Origin: Vermamoeba vermiformis
Taxonomy: Eukaryota
Length of the DNA: 44,713 bases
Direction: 5' to 3'
Assembly: GCA_045837725.1 (NCBI GenBank)
Contig: JBEWZL010000150.1
Location: 1-44,713 of the forward strand
The position numbers and the translations under genes are program-made. Positions 37,754 to 44,713 of the stretch are shown piece after piece (the first letter of the stretch is position 1; every line of letters begins with the position of its first letter). Under the pieces are notes generated by a model. It was not told the DNA's origin, searched no databases, and saw nothing but the letters and a program-made list of their open reading frames with translations.

Positions 37754-39503
37754 TTAGCTCTCAGTGGAGATAACAGCTCTAGGATACAATCGACTTAAAC
37801 TATCATACAAGTTCTTATGCGGATAAACATCAGATTTTTTAGACCAAACAAACTTGCGTACTTGGTCGTAGCTCCACGTTCGGTTATGTTTGTAAATGTA
37901 CGCTATTCCAATGGATCCAGATCTGCCTATTCCTGCTCTACAATGTACTAAGACTTTATGTCCTTTTGCTAGCATATTGCCAATCCAATCTACTGCTTGA
38001 ACTATGTACTGGGAGGGGATCGGGTTCGAAGCACCATCTAATTGTACAATCGGTTAGCTAGCATTCTATAACTGACATATATTCATATTTAGCTTTGATA
38101 TGCGTCTCTAAGGTCATGTAACGACCAAATGTAACGGTAATTTTGAGCATCAAAAATTAAAATTTGACGAGCAAAAATTATTGAGCCAGTACGTGCACTT
38201 CAAAGTGAGTTAAAAGACTTACCAGGCACAGGAACTTTTTTATATTGGATGGAGGTTTCGCCTGGTGAAGCTGGAGGGAACACGACTTCTAATTCCTCGG
38301 CCATATTCAAAACTGCAGTAAATCCTAATGAGGTAGCCTATAGATTAATATATTAATACGATGTACTGTTTCATTTTACGAGTGCGATTCAATGCGTACC
38401 TGGTTCGCTGCAATGAAATTTCCAACGAAGAAATTTGGCGCTATTTCGTTGTATTGTGGTCCTTGTGTCCATTTAGAATTAGGACTGGGTGGAAGTACGT
38501 CGACAATGGCATTAGATCCATATGAGCTGATCCAAATCCATTCTACAAAAAAGAATCGATTGAGTTTCCGATCTGATCAAAACGCAAGAAAGTCGGCACG
38601 AATGTTCCATTTCAGGAAATATCCGTCCGACGTTGCTCCTATAATATCTTTTACTAGCTTGGACTTACCTCCTTTGTTATTGCGGATCCTTGCCGTAAAC
38701 TCGAACTTGCCCTCCGTTGTACACATTACTGTGGTTTTGAAATTGTAAGCAACGTCGCTCGAGGGAATATAGTATGGTGACCGTTCAATTTCCATGGGAA
38801 TATGATGCCAACCGCCGTCAGGGTTTCCTTGGTGAATTAGATTCGTAACCTACAGAAAAGTAAAATTGGAAATTTAGCGACGTTGTAATTCAAATCCTGA
38901 AATTTTAAATCTTATAATTCCTGCATTTAATATGATGTAGTATGTATAATTGCGATAGGTAAATTACAAAAAGAGTAAAAATTCGTGGGGAAGCGAATAA
39001 TGGTTAGATTTCCAACAAAAAAATGAACAGTCGCAAGAGTATTATCGGACAATTATGAAATTGAAGCCATTATTACACACTATGATAATATTGTATTATT
39101 TTGTATTTTTACGTTATAAAGGTGATAATGACTGTTCACAAGATCCCAACCACTTCTAGCTTCACTAAAGCAATTTCAATTTAAAAACAGTATAATCGGT
39201 GGTAATAGGATATTTCTTAAATATATAGCAACTTGATTCGATCAAACTCACCAATTCGGCAGTGATCAGTTCGTCATTCGTAACGGGAGGTTGAAGACTG
39301 AGTTGTACACGCACTGTAAATGCTTCTAACATGTACATAGTTGTTGTTGTATTTAATGCTGGTTTCATAGTGAGTGAAAGAATCGTCCCAGGCTCATGGC
39401 GAGGTTGCGCGCCATATCCGCCCATTCCGCCGGCATAACCGTAATTGGAAAAATCAGAGCGACCAAATCGCGGTGAATACATTCCATAATCTAATTCCAT
39501 CAT
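37754..39503 (-). CDS. Dual-specificity phosphatase with N-terminal beta-rich domain
   Basis: YNEIAPNFFVGNF, VPVPD acid loop, VLVHCRAGIGRSG P-loop. Multi-exon. Confidence 0.85.
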
Positions 39504-39846
39504 GGTGAGGACTGTGTTTGATCTCGTTTGTGCAATAAAAAAAACAAATGGCTGACGAACACAATTCGGCCCAGGCGCCTTTTCACCAGGAAACTCACCG
39601 AAATATTCCCAAGATTTGCTTTATTTAGCGAACATTACTCGCACAAATAATAGTGATGTCTCATCTATCTTACCGATACCATTAAACGACCTCGATCAGA
39701 TCGTAAAACTCACATGCAACCAAAACACAATCTAAATTTTCATCTTGTTAATGAATACACAAAATCTATTTTTGTGGTGTACTAATGATGGCTTTGTAAT
39801 ATTCTATTAGATTAATTCAAAGCGCTTATTGCGATTTATTTATAAA

Positions 39847-40730
39847 ATGATAAATGAGACCACAACAGAAATAGTACCCAATTTGTATTTAGGCAACGTC
39901 AATGTATTATCAAACGCAGGGCACGAACGTTTACTTGCGCTTGGCATTCAACGCATCCTCATTGTAGCTAAACTCACCATCCCGCCAAATCTCGATCATA
40001 AATTTCAGGTATTTGGCAGTTAGTAAATTAAATCGGTTACGACAATAACAAAAGATTCTGCTATTTGCGAATGTAATTATTTATGGTGTCAGAAAATAAT
40101 TGCGTGATCTATTTTCCTGCAGGCTTTCAAGGTTGCCTTCATTGATGGTAATGCCTAAAAACACCTCAAAAAAATTGCTAACGTCTAACGATTTTGCAGC
40201 CGTAGATTCAGAAGAGCAAAACTTGTTGAGCCATTTTGACACGTACGGATTCAGCTTTGCTACCTTACTAGCCGCACATTATTACTAACTATACCTATTT
40301 ATAGTACTTATGATTTCATTAGCGAAGGTATTAAGCAAGGACAAGGCGTGGCAGTAGTTTGGTATGAACTCTGCGTGCACGCAACTTGGAGCGGCTTATG
40401 CTAACCTAGTACGCAATAGTGAGGCAGGAATATCGCGTAGTTGTACTATAGTCGCCGCCTACTTGATGAAGGAACGTGATTTAGATGCATACGACGCTTT
40501 ATCAATCATAAAAAAACAGCGTCCTTTAGCCCATCCGAATCCAGGTATGTTCTATAATTTTCCAAAAAAAGGACGCCCTAAACGCACAGATATTAACACA
40601 AATCTTATCTGCAGGATTTTTTGAGCAGCTCCAGTTATACGAGAGACTGGGCTGTTACCTCGGTAACGCGGATTCGGAGATGCGATTGAAAATGGCCAAG
40701 TATCCTATTAAAGCAACGTACCGAGAATGA
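39847..40730 (+). CDS. Small atypical dual-specificity phosphatase
   Basis: EIVPNLYLGN, spliced VAVVCEAGISRSCTIVAAYLM, PNPGFFEQL. Five introns. Confidence 0.88.
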
Positions 40731-40945
40731 AGAAGTTCCCTCATTTAATATTACACCAACGTTAACTTTTTGAAGACGTGAGATCCTCGGTCATTTGCAA
40801 AGCCAAGCTCTTACACAGTCCCAGGACTCGATCAAGTTTAGGCAAATAGACGCCCTTGATTCAATCTACAATCATAAAGAGTATTGATTTTGTCTTTTGT
40901 CAGCATATTTAAAGCAGTAGTTTATTGTTTCTGAAGTGGTTCGAG

Positions 40946-43900
40946 CTAGTCAATAGCGGAGTGTATTGATTCCAAAGACTCAATAATGGACTCGATCTTT
41001 GGCCTCGATTGCGGTGACATCTGCCAGCATTGTTTCATGACATCGGCAAGTTGTGGATGACACGATGATGGAATGACAGGTGTCAAACCTGAGTCTCTGA
41101 TCAGTCGTCCGATCTCAATCGGATCTGCTTCGCTGTGAGGCTCTTGTCGTGCAATCACTTCGAATATGAGAATACCAAATGACCAAATATCTGCAAATCG
41201 AAATGTGTAAGCATAAAGCAATAAAAAAGAAGACGAAATTATTCCCGAGTCATTAACGCGTGTCAAAGTGTCAAATCTTACCAGACTTTGTGGAGTACTC
41301 TTTGTTCTTCAACGACTCTGGTGACATCCATCTGATTGGTCCAAGTTCTGACTTTGTTGTTCCGTGTTGTTTCTGTTCATCAACGAGTCGTGACATGCCA
41401 AAGTCAGTCAGTTTTGGTTCGTTTCTGTCGATCAGAACATTTCTCGCTGCGATATCACGATGCACGATGTTGTTCGAATGCAAGTGACTGAGTCCTTTGG
41501 CGATGCCGGCGAGCCACTGAAGTTGATCGTTGAATGACAGCTCCGCTTTTTCGTCGTACAACTTGGCATCGAGCGAACCGCCTTCACAGAACTCGATGAT
41601 CAAAATGATGCTGTCTGTCTCTGGATGCACACTGAAGCCAAGCAACTGAACGACATTTGGATGAGGTCTGAGTTGCATCATGAGTTCGAGTTCAGCGATG
41701 ACACTCGTGTTTGCTTGAGTCATGCTCACTTTGAGTGCAACTGTTGTGTTCTTCCAAGTGCCTTTGAACACTTGACCTGATGCTCCTTGTCCAAGCTGCT
41801 CTCCGAAAGTGATCTGATCGAACGGAGTGAACCATGCTCCGTATCGTGACTCTAGTCCAATTGTATTTGACTTTGACGATTTGCGTTTTCGCCGAAGCAG
41901 CAAAACAATCAAGGCTACTGCCCCGCCTGCAACAACTATCGGAACAACAATTGCTGCTGCGAGCTCTCCGTCAGTCAGACCCTGATTGGTGTAAGTTGGT
42001 GCAGTTGCATTGACGGTAGTGACTGGTGCCAGATTGATGACGTCTGATTCGAGGATGACAGACGCGTTGATGAAGAGTATTTGATCGGTGAAATGATTCA
42101 ACATATGGTGATGTCCCGAAGCCACCATGATAGTTCTGTCTTTTAACCCCAGTGATATTGACGGCGAGTACTGATAATCTAAACGTACAGAGTACCACAG
42201 TGACTTATCATTTAGATTGACCGCGTATGCATATCCATCGCTGCCTAGTGTCACTAAAGTGCTATCGACTAACGCAATTGTCAACCTTTGTTGAGAAGCT
42301 GGCAACGCGTAGGTTTCTAGTGTTTGTGTGTTAATATCAAAAGTAAAGACCTTCTCGAACTTTTGTGCTGTAATTGCTGCCACCATATGAATAACATTTC
42401 CTTGGTTCACAAACTGCCAAGGTCCTTCGGTAAATGAGTCTATGTTAATGACCGAAGTCGAAGACGCACTGACTTGAACGATGGACGAAACATTCAGTCC
42501 TGGTACATAAGCTGTGTTATCCACTACGGGCACTGTATTAACGCCTTGAAATATTGACTTTTGTGATTCCGTGACCATCGAGAAGTCGCCGCTCGTTGTA
42601 TTGTATCTAAAAGTCTGCTGTGGTAACATCACAACCAACATGTCATTAATAACGGCAACAGGTGCAAAAAAGTACCAATTGAAGCTGCTCTGCATGTCAA
42701 TGGTCGGTAGGAAAATCTTCTTGACGTAATTGTAGACGTTGATTTTTCCGTAACTGACAGGAAAAGTGTGACCAACGCGAACTGTATGGTCTTCGGACGG
42801 TGTAGCTCTTTTAATAGTGTTCAAGTTGACTGTTTGATTGAAGTTGACCCAAGCTATTTTGGAAGTTAAACTAATAATGTCGGATCCTATCGCAAATTCG
42901 CCGATGAAATTCACAGAAATTGGGGGTAAGAAAGTTTGTGTCTCTGCATTGTAGATGGTCGCGTTTCCTGCTGCAAAGAGAACCAATGTTATTGGGTCAA
43001 TTGCAACTATTGAGGCCCATTCCGACATGGAGTTTGCTATGATCGAGATGGTCTTTGTTTTTGAATCGTAGACTTGCAGATCCGCGCGTTGATCGTACAA
43101 AACTTGCTTGTCAAACCAACGAAAACTTCTCGTAACTGGCTTATCTAAAACGATGGTTGTCCAAGTACCATCTTGGTATACGTCAAGCGTCGCTCCGACA
43201 CGAATCACCAATTGATTCTCGAATTGAAATACTTCGGAAAGGCTTTTGTCTGTCCAGTTGGCGACCTTGCTGCTCCAGTCATAGACACTGTATCCGGATA
43301 TGTTGAACACGAATGCTACGTCATTGAGAACTACTGCCTGAGAGGGATGATAAAGAGGAACTTCGCGCCATTCTGTCGTGCCTAACACATGCGCAAAGTA
43401 CCTGTCTGACGCAACTAGGATGAATCTACCGTTGGCTGCAGAAATGTCAATTCTGGATTGAGAGCTAAACCCCGTTGTGACGTTGCTGAACACTGTCAAA
43501 TTGTCTGTCGCAGTGTCGTAGATCCATGCGTCAAAGACGTCTTCAAGTGTCGTCGTGTTGACACCTCCAACTCCGATAACCAAGTTTTCATGAACGGCTT
43601 TTGCTCTTCCACTGATGCCTTGCATCCACGACGTGAGCTTCGGTCGATAGTACCACCCAGTTGAAGCGTCGTAAAAATCGGCGGAGAAACCTCCGAGAAC
43701 TGTCACTGTTGAGTTGTGATTCGAGACTTGAGTTGCCTGTCGAACTGTCGTACCACATCCAATGTCTTCGTATTGATGCGTTATAGGACTGTATAGCACT
43801 ATTGAAGTCGAGAATTGAGCACCACCAATAAAATAAATATTTTGACCGATGACAGCTGTGGAGATGAATCCACGAGGCTCTTCCAAGTAAATCGGCTCTT

Positions 43901-44123
43901 CCCACTCTCTTGATGTCATATTGAATATCTCCGTAACATTCGTGGGAATATAATCGTGTAATTCAAAGCCGCCAGCAAAATAGTAAAGATCTTCTACTAA
44001 AACGCCTCCAACCCCGTCACGCGCCGCGGACAATTGTGCTTGCCTCGTTATTAAAGGACCAGTATATGCCCATGCAGAGCCAAGGAACAAGGCTAAGAAT
44101 GCCATCAATAACGGATGTGACAT
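40946..44123 (-). CDS. Receptor tyrosine kinase C with kelch/beta-propeller ectodomain
   Basis: Same architecture as A and B. ATG of MSHPLL at 44123; HRDIAARN; intron at ~41191-41281. Confidence 0.95.
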
Positions 44124-44382
44124 TATCCTGGTGGTTTTGTGAATTAATATCAAGGAATTGAATCAATATTTTTAGTGCGTATTTTGCTAGGTATTAATTA
44201 ATTATGATTATTTTAAACTGAGGAATCAAAACGACCGACCGTTAGTTCCGATCTGAATCTTGTTCCTCACTTAATGTGAATTAATTAATACCTTGCTCCG
44301 ATTTCTAGTGCTTTTATTGGTTATCTGTGTTTTTGGTTCAAAAAATCCCGAAATTGGGACCGGTTGGCGACAAGCATCAAGT

Positions 44383-44627
44383 TTATAACAATTGCGTTCT
44401 CATTGCATCAAGCGAGTGAATGAGTTCGTCAACAGTTGGCCTTGATTGCGGTGACATCTGCCAGCATTGTTTCATGACATCAGCGAGCTGAGAAGGACAC
44501 GACGATGGAATGACAGGTGTCAAACCTGAGTCTCTGATCAGTCGTCCGATCTCGATCGGATCTGCATCGCTGTGAGGCTCTTGTCGTGCAATCACTTCGT
44601 ACATGAGAATACCAAATGACCAAATAT
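44383..44627 (-). CDS. Last exon of a further tandem RTK (gene continues right of the window)
   Basis: (D)IWSFGILMYEVIARQEP...CWQMSPQSRP follows a taacag acceptor; its intron resembles that of RTK C. Confidence 0.9.
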
Positions 44628-44713
44628 CTGTTAATAGAATTGTGTAAGCATAAGACGATAAAAATATCCTTGGTTTGTTGATCGTGATTCCCGAGTCATT
44701 GACGTGTGTCAGA

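Noticed and set aside
18093-44153. ORF-track ends of the RTKs (...KSGKI*) and TTG-extended starts suggesting truncated kinases
   Set aside because: These are read-through into a conserved GT-AG intron; the spliced last exon completes the kinase, and true ATGs precede the signal peptides.

Overview
Eukaryotic genomic DNA, read as a protist from its short AT-rich GT-AG introns with CTAAC-like branch points; the gene content resembles free-living amoebae but the taxon cannot be fixed. No rRNA, tRNA, CRISPR or transposase was recognised. The window holds: (i) a kelch/beta-propeller receptor tyrosine kinase family with three full copies, two edge-truncated last exons and two decayed tail remnants, showing near-identical kinase DNA but divergent, mosaic ectodomains; (ii) a ~1.8-1.9 kaa protein combining an adenosine-deaminase-type metallohydrolase, a lipase class 3-like fold lacking its nucleophile serine and a helical/TPR-like tail, which is the best candidate for an undescribed system; (iii) an intronless membrane-anchored LCAT/PLA2G15-type lipase; (iv) a kelch-repeat Ser/Thr/TKL receptor kinase and a pseudogene fragment of a paralogue; (v) three S8 subtilases, two with paired Cys substitutions beside the active site; (vi) F-box, TPR-MYND, CBS-pair, NAAA/acid-ceramidase-like, GST-zeta and two dual-specificity phosphatase genes. 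Exon boundaries were read by eye. Several apparent frameshifts could be true decay or assembly indels.
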